Shown here: in pieces, positions 20,963-31,099 of the stretch
Numbering within the stretch: the first letter of the stretch is position 1
How the letters are laid out: each line of letters starts with the position of its first letter
Source: Eubacteriales bacterium
GTDB taxonomy: Bacteria; Bacillota; Clostridia; Lachnospirales; Lachnospiraceae
DNA: 64,000 nt
Assembly (NCBI GenBank): GCA_030537195.1
Contig: JAUNOK010000002.1
Location: forward strand, 21,632-85,631
Direction of reading: 5' to 3'
The notes under the pieces: model-generated
Told to the model about the DNA's origin: nothing
The model's database searches: none
Seen by the model: the letters and a program-made list of their open reading frames with translations, nothing else
Made by a program: the position numbers and the translations under genes

Positions 20963-22486
20963 ATGTCTAAGCTGTTTGATTCTGATGACGATGATCTTGG
21001 GTATCTTGATGATACTGTGCATATTAACTGGAAGAAAATACTGCCTGCAATCATAATTGTTGCAGTAGCAGTAATTGCATTAATCATTGTACTTATTGTT
21101 TCTTTCGGTCATAGAGGGAAAAAAGTACCTGCAAATGCATCATCAACTGAAGAAACTTCATCTGTCAGCGGAACAGATGCCGATGGCAATAATACCTTAA
21201 GCGATAAAGACGAGAAAGAACAGGATCCACAGTACTCCGACAATGATGGTTCAATGAATCAGTCAGCCGGTAATGGTGCTTCTGTAATCCTTTCTAACAG
21301 CACTAATGAAACATCAGATATTACAATAGGTATAGATGTATCAAAGTTTCAGGGAACTATAGACTGGGCACAGGTTGCTTCATCAGGTGTTGATTATGCA
21401 ATGATAAGAGTCGGCTACAGAGCCCAGAAAACAGGCGTTATCTATGCTGACACCAATGCAAAGTACAACATGCAGCAGGCTGCCGCTAACGGAATCAAAG
21501 TCGGAGCATACTTCTTCTCATCAGCAGTTAATGAGACTGAAGCAGTTGAAGAAGCGGACTGGGTTACAGATTTCATAGCAGATTACAGCATAACTTATCC
21601 TGTAGCATTTGACTGTGAAGGCTTCAATACATCTGAAAGCAGGCAGAGGAGCATGACTAAGGCTGAAAGAACTGCCGTTGCCACCGCATTTTTACAGGAA
21701 ATATATAATAAAGGCTATACACCTATGTTCTATGCAGCTTCCTCTGAGCTTACCAATAACAGCCAGTGGAACACTGCCAGCTTGGAAAGTTCATTTAAGA
21801 TATGGGTTGCACAATATCCGTCAACACCTTACCCGCAGACTCCTTCCACATCATATGCAGGAACATGCAGCATGTGGCAGTACACTAATCAGGGCAGGGT
21901 AGCAGGAATTGGTACAAATGTTGATATCAATGTTGCGTATTTCGGTTATTCTGAAAGTAACGGCTCTCTAAGCGGTGAAACTGCAGCCGCTGCATCACCT
22001 GATGTAGAAGCAGGCATGGTATTCACATCTGTTAATGATACTGTTACTGCCAAAGATGAAGTAAGACTGCGCGACAAGCCTAGTCAGGATACTGACGCAA
22101 CAGTAATTGCAACTCTTGTTAATGGTGAAACAGTCACCCGAACAGGTACAAGCAGCAGCGGATGGTCAAGACTTGTCTATAACGGTCAGACTGTATATGC
22201 TGTTACAAGTTACCTGACAACAGACCTTACACCTAAGACAACTGAAAGTCCAACAGCCGGATTTAACACGAAATTCACGGACTGTAACGACACAGTAACA
22301 CCAAAGGATGAAGTTAATCTGAGAAACAAGCCAAGCGTAACGGATGAAGATTCTGTTGTTGTAGCAACAGTTAAAAAAGGTGAGCTTTTCACCAGAACCG
22401 GCTATAATACAGAGGTTGGCTGGTCAAGGGTTGTCTATAACGGGCAGACACTTTACTGTGTGACAAGCCTGCTGTCGGTTCAATAA
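20963..22486 (+). CDS. Membrane-anchored GH25 muramidase (lysozyme) with two C-terminal SH3b-like repeats
   Basis: N-terminal TM helix. GH25 core GIDVSKFQGTIDWAQV...GAYFF. Two ~65-aa repeats ending W-S-R-(L/V)-V-Y-N-G-Q-T-(V/L)-Y. Confidence 0.75.
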   Translation: MSKLFDSDDDDLGYLDDTVHINWKKILPAIIIVAVAVIALIIVLIVSFGHRGKKVPANASSTEETSSVSGTDADGNNTLSDKDEKEQDPQYSDNDGSMNQSAGNGASVILSNSTNETSDITIGIDVSKFQGTIDWAQVASSGVDYAMIRVGYRAQKTGVIYADTNAKYNMQQAAANGIKVGAYFFSSAVNETEAVEEADWVTDFIADYSITYPVAFDCEGFNTSESRQRSMTKAERTAVATAFLQEIYNKGYTPMFYAASSELTNNSQWNTASLESSFKIWVAQYPSTPYPQTPSTSYAGTCSMWQYTNQGRVAGIGTNVDINVAYFGYSESNGSLSGETAAAASPDVEAGMVFTSVNDTVTAKDEVRLRDKPSQDTDATVIATLVNGETVTRTGTSSSGWSRLVYNGQTVYAVTSYLTTDLTPKTTESPTAGFNTKFTDCNDTVTPKDEVNLRNKPSVTDEDSVVVATVKKGELFTRTGYNTEVGWSRVVYNGQTLYCVTSLLSVQ

Positions 22487-22512
22487 ATACTATAAATATC
22501 AGGAGAATTATT

Positions 22513-23088
22513 GTGAGTATTATAATCACAGATTTATGCAAAAATTTTGATGATAACCGGGTTCTTAATAATGTTAATATATCACTTGAAGATAATTCCA
22601 TATATTGTCTTATGGGAGCTTCCGGCATTGGAAAAACAACGCTTTTAAGAATTCTAATGGGTCTTGAACATGCAGATTCAGGCAGTATATCCGGTATAGA
22701 TACCAAAAACATATCCTGTATGTTTCAGGAGGACAGGCTTATTCCTGACCTTTCAGCAATAGATAATGTCAGAATAGTGCTTCGCGGCAAACCCAATAAA
22801 CAAGAAATCCGCAATAATCTATTATCAATTCTACCTGACGACAGTCTTGATATGCCTGTAAGTTCATTATCCGGAGGAATGAAAAGGCGGGTTGCCCTTG
22901 CAAGAGCATTATCATATCCTGGAAAACTTATTATACTTGATGAGCCATTTACAGGCTTAGATAATGATACTAAGTTAAATGTAATAGATTATATTCTAAA
23001 AATGCGTAATAACCGCACTTTACTTATTGCAACTCACGGAACTGATGATGCTGATTTGCTGGGTGCCAAAATAATAAAGCTTGATTAA
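22513..23088 (+). CDS. Compact ABC transporter ATP-binding protein (191 aa, GTG start), orphan
   Basis: Walker A GASGIGKTT, signature LSGGMKRRVALARAL, Walker B LIILDEPF. No permease gene adjacent. Confidence 0.75.
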   Translation: MSIIITDLCKNFDDNRVLNNVNISLEDNSIYCLMGASGIGKTTLLRILMGLEHADSGSISGIDTKNISCMFQEDRLIPDLSAIDNVRIVLRGKPNKQEIRNNLLSILPDDSLDMPVSSLSGGMKRRVALARALSYPGKLIILDEPFTGLDNDTKLNVIDYILKMRNNRTLLIATHGTDDADLLGAKIIKLD

Positions 23089-23094
23089 ATACTA

Positions 23095-23125
23095 AAGGGA
23101 GACTGTCTTAATGACAATCTCCCTT
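23095..23125. terminator. Bidirectional hairpin between convergent ABC ATPase and FAD oxidoreductase genes
   Basis: aagggagactgtc-ttaa-tgacaatctccctt followed by attatt. Confidence 0.45.
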
Positions 23126-23146
23126 ATTATTAATATTATCATGCTA

Positions 23147-24517
23147 TTATATTTCTTCGATAATCTTTCTTGCAACATATACGCCACTGGCAGAAGCGTG
23201 TGATAATGAATGTGTAACGCCACTTCCGTCGCCAATTATGTATAAGCCTTTATATCTTGTCTCAAGATTGTGGTCAATCTCAACTTCCATGTTGTAGAAC
23301 TTAACCTCAACACCGTACAGAAGTGTATCATCATTGGCTGTTCCCGGTGCAATCTTATCAAGTGCATAAATCATCTCTATAATTCCATCAAGAATTCTCT
23401 TAGGAAGTACAAGACTTAAATCACCCGGAGTAGCAGCAAGAGTAGGCTTTACAAGTCCCTCCTCAATTCGCTTCTCTGTACTTCTTCTGCCTCTCATAAG
23501 GTCGCCGAATCTCTGAACAATAACGCCGCCGCCAAGCATGTTAGAAAGTCTGGCAATACTTTCACCGTATCCGTTACTGTCCTTGAATGGCTCTGAAAAA
23601 TGCTTTGCAACAAGAAGCGCAAAGTTGGTGTTCTCTGTCTGCTTCTCAGCACCTTCATAGCTGTGTCCGTTAACTGTTACAATTCCGTTAGTGTTCTCAT
23701 TAACTACGATTCCATTAGGATTCATACAGAAGGTTCTGACAAGATCCTCGAATTTCTCTGTTCTGTATACAATCTTGCTTTCGTACAGTTCATCTGTAAG
23801 ATGTGCAAATATAACTGCTGGAAGTTCAACTCGAACACCGATATCAACACGGTTAGACTTAGTTGGAATCTCAAGATTCTGACAGACATTTTCAATCCAT
23901 TTGCTTCCGCTTCGACCAACGGAAACAATACATTTGTCACAATCCATGTACTCGTCCTTATAGAATACTCTGTAACCGCCTTCAATCACCTCAATGTTGC
24001 TTACAGGAGTGTTAAAGTAGAAGTCTATATGGTCTTTCATCTCATTGTACATATTCTCAAGAACAATATAGTTAATGTCTGTTCCAAGATGTCTTACCGA
24101 TGCATCAAGAAGCTTTAACTTGTTCTGCATGCATAAAGTCTTGAACTTAGTACCCGCTGTCGAATACATGTGAGTCTCTTCACCGCCATGTGATGTATTG
24201 ATTGTATCAACATACTTCATCAGGTCAATTGCCTCATCCCTGCCAATATATTCGTAAAGAGTTCCACCGAAATCATTAGTTATATTGTATTTACCATCTG
24301 AAAATGCACCAGCACCGCCAAATCCATTCATAATCGCACATGTTGGACATTTGATACATGATTTAACTTTCTTGCCATCTATAGGACATTTTCTCTTCTC
24401 TAATGTATTGCCTTCCTCAAACACAGCCACTCTTGTTTCCGGTGACTTCTTCATAAGCTCGTACGCAGAAAAGATTCCACCTGGTCCTGCTCCAATAATA
24501 ATTACATCGTATTTCAT
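23147..24517 (-). CDS. FAD-dependent oxidoreductase (COG2509-like uncharacterized FAD dehydrogenase)
   Basis: Rossmann dinucleotide motif DVIIIGAGPGG at the N-terminus; CxxC pairs after it. Confidence 0.75.
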   Translation of the reverse strand: MKYDVIIIGAGPGGIFSAYELMKKSPETRVAVFEEGNTLEKRKCPIDGKKVKSCIKCPTCAIMNGFGGAGAFSDGKYNITNDFGGTLYEYIGRDEAIDLMKYVDTINTSHGGEETHMYSTAGTKFKTLCMQNKLKLLDASVRHLGTDINYIVLENMYNEMKDHIDFYFNTPVSNIEVIEGGYRVFYKDEYMDCDKCIVSVGRSGSKWIENVCQNLEIPTKSNRVDIGVRVELPAVIFAHLTDELYESKIVYRTEKFEDLVRTFCMNPNGIVVNENTNGIVTVNGHSYEGAEKQTENTNFALLVAKHFSEPFKDSNGYGESIARLSNMLGGGVIVQRFGDLMRGRRSTEKRIEEGLVKPTLAATPGDLSLVLPKRILDGIIEMIYALDKIAPGTANDDTLLYGVEVKFYNMEVEIDHNLETRYKGLYIIGDGSGVTHSLSHASASGVYVARKIIEEI

Positions 24518-24620
24518 ACATTATCCTCCTAAGGGAAATTTCTTAGGATATTATATCATAGAATCGGGGTTATGTGTTATAGTGTAGGTATTAAGTTAAT
24601 GCAAAATGGAGGAACCGGAC

Positions 24621-25076
24621 ATGTTAGAAGTTGGAACAAAAGCACCTGATTTTGAATTACCAGATCAGAATGGAGATATGCACAAGCTCAGTGATTACAC
24701 AGGAAAGAAAGTTATATTATATTTCTACCCAAAAGACAATACGGCGGGCTGCACCAAACAGGCATGCGGCTTTTCAGACAGATATCCTCAATTCACTGAA
24801 AAAGGGGCAGTTATACTCGGTGTCAGCAAGGATTCTGTTGCTTCACATAAGAAATTCGAAGAAAAATATGGATTAGCGTTCACTCTCTTAGCAGACCCTG
24901 AGCGTAAAGTAATCGAGGCATATGATGTGTGGAAAGAAAAGAAGAATTACGGCAAAGTGTCTATGGGTGTTGTAAGAACTACATACCTCATTGATGAGCA
25001 GGGTATTATTGTTAAGGCAAATGATAAGGTCAAGGCTGCAGATGACGCTGAAAATATGCTTAAGGAATTAAATTAA
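24621..25076 (+). CDS. bcp: Thiol peroxidase Bcp/PrxQ (peroxiredoxin)
   Basis: FYPKDNTAGCTKQACGF peroxidatic Cys motif. ATG 24621 follows RBS ggagga. Confidence 0.85.
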   Translation: MLEVGTKAPDFELPDQNGDMHKLSDYTGKKVILYFYPKDNTAGCTKQACGFSDRYPQFTEKGAVILGVSKDSVASHKKFEEKYGLAFTLLADPERKVIEAYDVWKEKKNYGKVSMGVVRTTYLIDEQGIIVKANDKVKAADDAENMLKELN

Positions 25077-25691
25077 ATGACAGAAAAAGATTGGGAAAAG
25101 CTCCTTAGAATAAAGACTACCGGCAGGGATGACTCAAGATCCGATACATACAGATATCCGTATGAACCAACTTCTTACGAAGTGCTTAACAGGCTGGCTA
25201 ACACCGGAATCATCGGCAAGAACAATACTCTGCTTGATTATGGCTGTGGAAAAGGACGCGTCAGTCTGTTCATGGCTTACCAGACCAAATGTCACTCTAT
25301 TGGCATAGAATACGACAACCGTATATTTGAGCGTGCCATGACCAATAAAGATGACAGTATATCCGGTGGAAGAGTCACATTTATAAATGAGGACGCACTT
25401 AAATATAATATTCCTAAAGAAGCTGACAGATTTTTCTTCTTTAATCCATTCTCTGTCGAAATCTTTAAGGGCGTACTTGCTAATATTATGAACAGCTTTT
25501 ATGACAATCCACGGGAAATGTATATGATTTTCTATTACCCTTCCGATGAGTACCTTATGTGTCTGTCTCAGGAGTACGGCGTGAGTCTGTATGATGAGAT
25601 TGACTGCAGTGATATATCTGGTGGGGAAGCCCGGAGGGAGAGAGTGATGGTGTATAAAGTTGGAGAGAACACGGAGGAGAAAGATATATGA
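25077..25691 (+). CDS. Class I SAM-dependent methyltransferase
   Basis: LDYGCGKGR glycine-rich SAM-binding motif. Confidence 0.6.
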   Translation: MTEKDWEKLLRIKTTGRDDSRSDTYRYPYEPTSYEVLNRLANTGIIGKNNTLLDYGCGKGRVSLFMAYQTKCHSIGIEYDNRIFERAMTNKDDSISGGRVTFINEDALKYNIPKEADRFFFFNPFSVEIFKGVLANIMNSFYDNPREMYMIFYYPSDEYLMCLSQEYGVSLYDEIDCSDISGGEARRERVMVYKVGENTEEKDI

Positions 25692-26209
25692 CATTTGAAG
25701 CAGCCCACCCAGACGATTTTACTGAAATACAAAATCTCTACTGGGATTTAATAGATAAAAGCAAAGATGAGCTATCTTTTCCTGACTGGAAAAAGGGCGA
25801 ACACCCATCTTCTGATTTTTTAATACAAAGCATTGCCAATAATCAGTTATTAATTCTAAGAGATGAGGGCATAATTAAAGCCTGTGCCATAGTAAACAGC
25901 ATTTCTAATAAAGAATATGCAAATGTAGCATGGCAGGTTAAAGAAAAAGACAACAATGTATGGATTCTGCATGCTCTTGCGGTACGATTCGAGTACAGAG
26001 GTATGGGACTTGGCACACTTCTTATCAGGCACATTTTATCATATGCAAAGGCAAAAAATATTGAAGCAATCCACCTTGACGTAATTGATAAGAACACTGT
26101 GGCTGATAAGCTGTATATCAAGGCTGAATTTAAGTATATAAGCACTGAAAAGATATTTTATGAGGTTGTTGGTACCAGGGAGTTTCGAATGTATGAGTAT
26201 GTGGTATAA
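25688..26209 (+). CDS. GNAT family N-acetyltransferase
   Basis: R-G-MGLGTLL acetyl-CoA binding motif. Overlaps the upstream gene by 4 nt (operon). Confidence 0.8.
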   Translation: MTFEAAHPDDFTEIQNLYWDLIDKSKDELSFPDWKKGEHPSSDFLIQSIANNQLLILRDEGIIKACAIVNSISNKEYANVAWQVKEKDNNVWILHALAVRFEYRGMGLGTLLIRHILSYAKAKNIEAIHLDVIDKNTVADKLYIKAEFKYISTEKIFYEVVGTREFRMYEYVV

Positions 26210-26217
26210 TAATACCC

Positions 26218-27543
26218 ATGAAAACAAATGATTTAACTAAGGGAAATATAACAAAGGGGCTGTGGGGATTCGCGATACCGTTAATGTTCGGAAATGTCCT
26301 GCAGCAGCTATACAATCTTGTCGATACGTGGGTAGTAGGCAGATATGTTGGTGACAACGCGCTCGCCGCGGTCGGCTCGTCTTATACGCTTATGACATTT
26401 CTTACATCAATAATTATAGGACTGTGTCTGGGAAGCAGTTCATTTATATCAATGGCATATGGCAAAAGAAAAGACGACACTATAAGAAACGGCATATTCA
26501 TTTCATCAATTATGATAGGACTGCTTACTGTTTTAATAGTTGTATTGTTCTATCTGCTGATTAATCCTATCATCACAATACTGCAGGTACCTGACGAGAT
26601 ATTTTGTGATATGAGAATGTATCTAGTGTATGTATTTATAGGATTTGTCGCAATCTACATATATAATTATGTTGCAAATGTGTTAAGAGGTCTTGGTAAT
26701 TCCGTTATACCACTTATATTTTTGTCGGTATCCGTTATATTAAATATTGTTCTTGACTTACTTTTTGTCGCAGGATTTTCAATGGGAATAAAAGGAGCTG
26801 CGATAGCAACAGTAATAGCACAGTATATTTCGGGTATTGGAATACTTATATATTTCATTGCAGCTTATCCGGTGTATCGGGTTAAGAAAAAGGATATGCA
26901 TTTTGACAGTTCCAATATGCACAATATATTGTCATTATCTGGATTTACATGCCTGCAGCAGTCAGTCATGAATTTCGGTATACTCTGTGTACAGGGCATT
27001 GTAAACAGCTTCGGTACAAATGTAATGGCTGCATTTGCTGTCGCTGTCAAGATAGACACAATAGCTTATATGCCGGTACAAGACTTTGGAAATGCATTTT
27101 CAGTATTCGTTGCACAGAATTTCGGTGCTGAGAAACATGACCGTATCAAATCCGGTATCAGACAGGCTGGAATCAGCGTTATTGTCTTTTGCTTATGCAT
27201 AAGTGCAATAGTATTCACATTTGCAAGAACATTCATGAGTATATTTGTTGACAGTACAAGTGTTGAAGTCATCAATACCGGAGTTCAGTATCTTCACATA
27301 GAAGGTGCATTTTACATAGGAATCGGTATTCTCTTTATGCTGTATGGCTATTACAGAGCGGTTAATAAACCTGTGATGTCGGTTGTATTAACTATCATAT
27401 CACTTGGCACAAGAGTGCTTCTTGCGTATGTGTTATCGACTGTTCCGGCAATTGGAGTTGTTGGAATATGGGCAGCAATTCCGATAGGCTGGTTTCTGGC
27501 TGACGCTGTGGGAATTGTAATTTACTGGATAAAAAGGAAATGA
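26218..27543 (+). CDS. MATE family efflux transporter (second copy)
   Basis: N-terminus GFAIPLMFGNVLQQLYNLVDTWVVGRYVG. Confidence 0.85.
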   Translation: MKTNDLTKGNITKGLWGFAIPLMFGNVLQQLYNLVDTWVVGRYVGDNALAAVGSSYTLMTFLTSIIIGLCLGSSSFISMAYGKRKDDTIRNGIFISSIMIGLLTVLIVVLFYLLINPIITILQVPDEIFCDMRMYLVYVFIGFVAIYIYNYVANVLRGLGNSVIPLIFLSVSVILNIVLDLLFVAGFSMGIKGAAIATVIAQYISGIGILIYFIAAYPVYRVKKKDMHFDSSNMHNILSLSGFTCLQQSVMNFGILCVQGIVNSFGTNVMAAFAVAVKIDTIAYMPVQDFGNAFSVFVAQNFGAEKHDRIKSGIRQAGISVIVFCLCISAIVFTFARTFMSIFVDSTSVEVINTGVQYLHIEGAFYIGIGILFMLYGYYRAVNKPVMSVVLTIISLGTRVLLAYVLSTVPAIGVVGIWAAIPIGWFLADAVGIVIYWIKRK

Positions 27544-27719
27544 TTTCTTTGTGTTGTGGTTTAAACTTAATTAAATAAATAAAAATCATTAAAATACAAT
27601 TAATAATTTAGTGTAAGCCTATTTATCATTATTATATTTATATATTATAATAGCATCTGATTGCAAAAATTTAAAAAGGATGTTTAGCTATATTATCAAA
27701 TAGTGAATAGGTACAAAAA

Positions 27720-28472
27720 ATGAGTATAGGAATGTTTATTCTCGTATGTGCTCTTGTATTTTTAGCTGGTTTTGTCGATTCTATAGGCGGTGGCGGCGGA
27801 TTAATTTCGTTGCCCTCCTATTTATTTGCCGGAATACCAGCTCATAATGCAATTGCTACTAATAAACTGTCATCGTCTACCGGAACACTTGTATCCACAT
27901 TTCGTCTTGTAAAGAACAAGCATGTAGACTTCGGTCTGGTGCCGGGAACGGTGATTTGTGCACTGGTGGGCTCAGTTATAGGATCAAATCTTGCATTGCT
28001 GGTTACAGATAAGATTTTAAAGATTGTGTTAATCTTTGTATTACCAGTTGTAGCATTTGGTGTGTTGAAAGATAAAAAAATGGAAACCGTTATTCCAGAA
28101 GGATTTTCAAGAAAAAGGCAGTACATAATCATGGCAGTATGTTCCCTCGGAATTGGTATTTATGATGGATTTTACGGTCCCGGAACAGGCACATTTTTAC
28201 TGCTGGCATTCACCAAGCTTGGAAAAATGGATATGGAAAAAGCCACCGGAAATGTAAAGGTTGTGAATCTGTCATCTAATCTGTCAGCACTTGTAACATT
28301 CATTCTGGCTGGACAGATACTGTGGAAAGTCGGGCTTGCAGCATCCGCATTCAGTATTCTTGGACATTATGTTGGTGCAGGCATGGTTATGAGCAATGGT
28401 GTCAAAATTATAAAACCTATTATAATTGTTGTCCTGTTACTTTTAATAATAAAGATTATAACTGGCATCTGA
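27720..28472 (+). CDS. TauE/SafE (DUF81) family sulfite/anion exporter
   Basis: GGGGGLISLP motif and repeated 4-TM halves. Confidence 0.85.
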   Translation: MSIGMFILVCALVFLAGFVDSIGGGGGLISLPSYLFAGIPAHNAIATNKLSSSTGTLVSTFRLVKNKHVDFGLVPGTVICALVGSVIGSNLALLVTDKILKIVLIFVLPVVAFGVLKDKKMETVIPEGFSRKRQYIIMAVCSLGIGIYDGFYGPGTGTFLLLAFTKLGKMDMEKATGNVKVVNLSSNLSALVTFILAGQILWKVGLAASAFSILGHYVGAGMVMSNGVKIIKPIIIVVLLLLIIKIITGI

Positions 28473-28517
28473 ATTTAATATTAGAAATCGTGAATTACTT
28501 GAAATGGAGAAATTATT

Positions 28518-29756
28518 ATGAGTAAATAAAAGAAGAAACTTCCCTTAGCAGCACAGATATTTATTTCGTTAATCCTGGCAATTATCGTTGGTCTGCTGAT
28601 TCAGAAATATGCTGCATTTGCAGAAACTTACATCAAACCGTTTGGTACAATCTTTCTTAATCTTATTAAATTTATAGTTGGACCTATCGTACTGTTTTCA
28701 ATCATGTGCGGAATAATTTCCATGAAGGACATTAAGAAAGTCGGTTCAATCGGCTTAAAAACAGTTGTTTACTATATGTGTACAACGGCATTTGCAATTA
28801 CATTTGGACTGATTGGCGGTAATTTATTTAAAGGCCTTTTCCCTGTTGTCACAACAACAGACCTCGCCTATGAAACATCATCAAAAATGTCTATTATGGA
28901 CACAATTGTTAATATTTTTCCATCAAACTTTCTTGCACCTATAGCAGAATCCAACATGCTTCAGGTCATTGTTATGGCTCTGTTATTAGGTTTTGCAATC
29001 ATACTTATCGGAGATGAAAAGAATCAGGGCATTGTAAAGGCCTGCAACCGCCTGAATGATGTATTCATGAAATGTATGGAGATGATACTAAAACTATCTC
29101 CAATAGGTGTATTTTGTCTTCTGTGTCCGGTTGTTGCAAGTAATGGAGCAGTAATTATCGGCTCGCTGGCAATGGTTCTGCTTACTGCGTATGTCTGCTA
29201 TATTGTACACGGTCTTGTAGTATATTCTATAGCCGTAAAAACTGTTGGCGGAACAAGCCCTGTAAAATTCTTTAAAGAAATGCTACCAGCAATTATGTTT
29301 GCCTTCTCAAGTGCATCTTCAGTAGGAACTCTTCCTATTAATATGGAATGTGTTGAGAAAGTAGGAGCGAAAAAAGAAATATCATCCTTCGTCCTCCCAC
29401 TTGGAGCTACTATTAATATGGATGGAACAGCAATTTATCAGGGTGTGTGTGCAATATTTATCGCATCATGCTATGGAATTAATCTGACATTTTCACAGAT
29501 GATAACGATTATTCTAACTGCAACTCTTGCCTCAATAGGGACAGCCGGCGTTCCTGGTGCAGGAATGGTTATGCTTGCAATGGTACTTACATCTGTTGGA
29601 CTTCCAGTTGATGGTATTGCCCTGGTTGCCGGAATTGACCGTATATTCGATATGGGACGTACTGTTGTCAATATTACTGGTGACGCAAGCTGCTGTGTTG
29701 TAGTAACCAATCTTGAGCGCAAACGTGACATTAGAAAAGCTAAGAAAATGCAATAA
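28518..29756 (+). pseudogene. Dicarboxylate/amino acid:cation symporter (DAACS/GltP family) interrupted by an in-frame TAA at codon 4
   Basis: RBS ggaga + ATG 28518, then AGT AAA TAA (stop 28527-28529). The frame then stays open (KKKLPLAAQIFISLILAII...) into track ORF 28704..29756. The first usable downstream ATG (28704) would delete TM1. Confidence 0.5.
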
Positions 29757-29827
29757 GTATTAATCAGAATAGAAATTATGTATTATAATTAGTGATATCA
29801 TATAAGAAAAATGTATGGAGGAATATC

Positions 29828-30220
29828 ATGGAAAAAGTACTTAATTTTTTAAAAGAAGCTGAGACATATTATTTAGCAACAGTTGAAGGCGACCAGCCAC
29901 GAGTAAGACCTTTTGGAACAGCACACATTTTTGAAGGTAAGCTTTATATACAGACTGGTAAGTCAAAAGATGTATCTAAGCAGATTCACAAGAATCCAAA
30001 GGTTGAGATATGTGCATTTAAGAACGGAGAGTGGCTTCGTGTTGCTGGTGAACTTGTAGAAGATGACAGAAGAGAAGCCAGACAGTCTATGCTTGACGCA
30101 TATCCTTCATTACAGAAAATGTATTCTGCTGATGATGGCAACACAGAGGTTTTCTATTTTAAAAATGCAACTGCTACATTTTCAGCATTTACACACGAAC
30201 CAGAAGTCGTTGAATTCTAA
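29828..30220 (+). CDS. Pyridoxamine 5'-phosphate oxidase-like FMN-binding (split-barrel) protein
   Basis: YLATVEGDQPRVRPFG...KLYIQTGKSK. ATG 29828 follows RBS ggagg. Confidence 0.7.
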   Translation: MEKVLNFLKEAETYYLATVEGDQPRVRPFGTAHIFEGKLYIQTGKSKDVSKQIHKNPKVEICAFKNGEWLRVAGELVEDDRREARQSMLDAYPSLQKMYSADDGNTEVFYFKNATATFSAFTHEPEVVEF

Positions 30221-30252
30221 TTATAACGACAGATAATTCTACATATTTTAAA

Positions 30253-30291
30253 TAGGCTGTTGCATTAGCAAATATTTTTGTTGGCGACAGC
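30253..30291 (+). terminator. Hairpin terminator 1 downstream of the PNPOx-like gene
   Basis: ggctgttgc-(loop)-gcgacagcc. Confidence 0.4.
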
Positions 30292-30308
30292 CCTGCTTTA
30301 TTCCTAAA

Positions 30309-30345
30309 TGGCATCGAAATCGGTTGTGGTTTCGATGCCATTTCT
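30309..30345 (+). terminator. Rho-independent terminator 2
   Basis: ggcatcgaaa-tcggttgtgg-tttcgatgcc followed by atttctt. Confidence 0.55.
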
Positions 30346-30887
30346 TATAACCGCATTTCATTCCCAGCCATCCCTTTTGGCATTCCTTATTTCAAACTGT
30401 TTTATTTAAAATCTATACCATCTTTAATAAAAAAAGATGGCTTCCAGTCTTAATCCTGCAATATAAAGCTTATTTATATTCTATCCCATTGCCATAATGA
30501 CGCTCTATGCCAGTGCATTTGATTTTCCATGGTACAAATATCTCCGAAAATTCATGCCTTATTTTGCATCTCCAGTTTCAATTAATCTTTGGGTAATCAT
30601 TCTTATGGATTCACGTATTCTTTTGCAGATATCCTCTTCAATAAGTGCACATCTGTAACCAATATTAGTTCCCGACAGCTTGTGATTTGCAAACATTGTA
30701 TTATAAAACGCTTACATTATTGCTGTCGATTTTGTTGATAATAATTGTTTATATTTATAAAATATGATAGAATACATATGTATTCATTATTTGTGTCAAA
30801 AAATACATATTTTGAAAAAGACCAAATTAAATTGACACATTCTTTAATAAACAAATTAACAGTTTAATAAATAAAAGAGGAAAGTTG

Positions 30888-31079
30888 ATGAGCGATATAT
30901 TAAGAATCGAAGCAAAGAAATATGTAGAAGAATCAATAGTTATATCTTCCAGAATTCCAAAGGACATGTTGCAAGATATAGATTTTGTCGCAAAGAAATC
31001 GGGAAGAACACGAAACGAGGTTGTAACTATGTTTTTAGAATATTCATTAAAACATACAGAAATAATTAACAAACAGTAA
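30888..31079 (+). CDS. Ribbon-helix-helix (CopG/Arc-type) DNA-binding protein, first gene of the TIR cassette
   Basis: RIPKDMLQDIDFVAKKSGRTRNEVVTMFLEYSL has the RHH beta-strand + two-helix pattern. RBS aagagg lies 7 nt upstream. Confidence 0.6.
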   Translation: MSDILRIEAKKYVEESIVISSRIPKDMLQDIDFVAKKSGRTRNEVVTMFLEYSLKHTEIINKQ

Positions 31080-31099
31080 AAGTAGGAAGGTGTAGTGAT

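Noticed and set aside
30559-30696. 46-codon minus-strand ORF (MFANHKLSGTNIGYRCALIEEDICKRIRESIRMITQRLIETGDAK) in the ORF-free stretch upstream of the cassette
   Set aside because: No RBS and no recognisable family. It could be a gene remnant, but it is too short to support as a feature.
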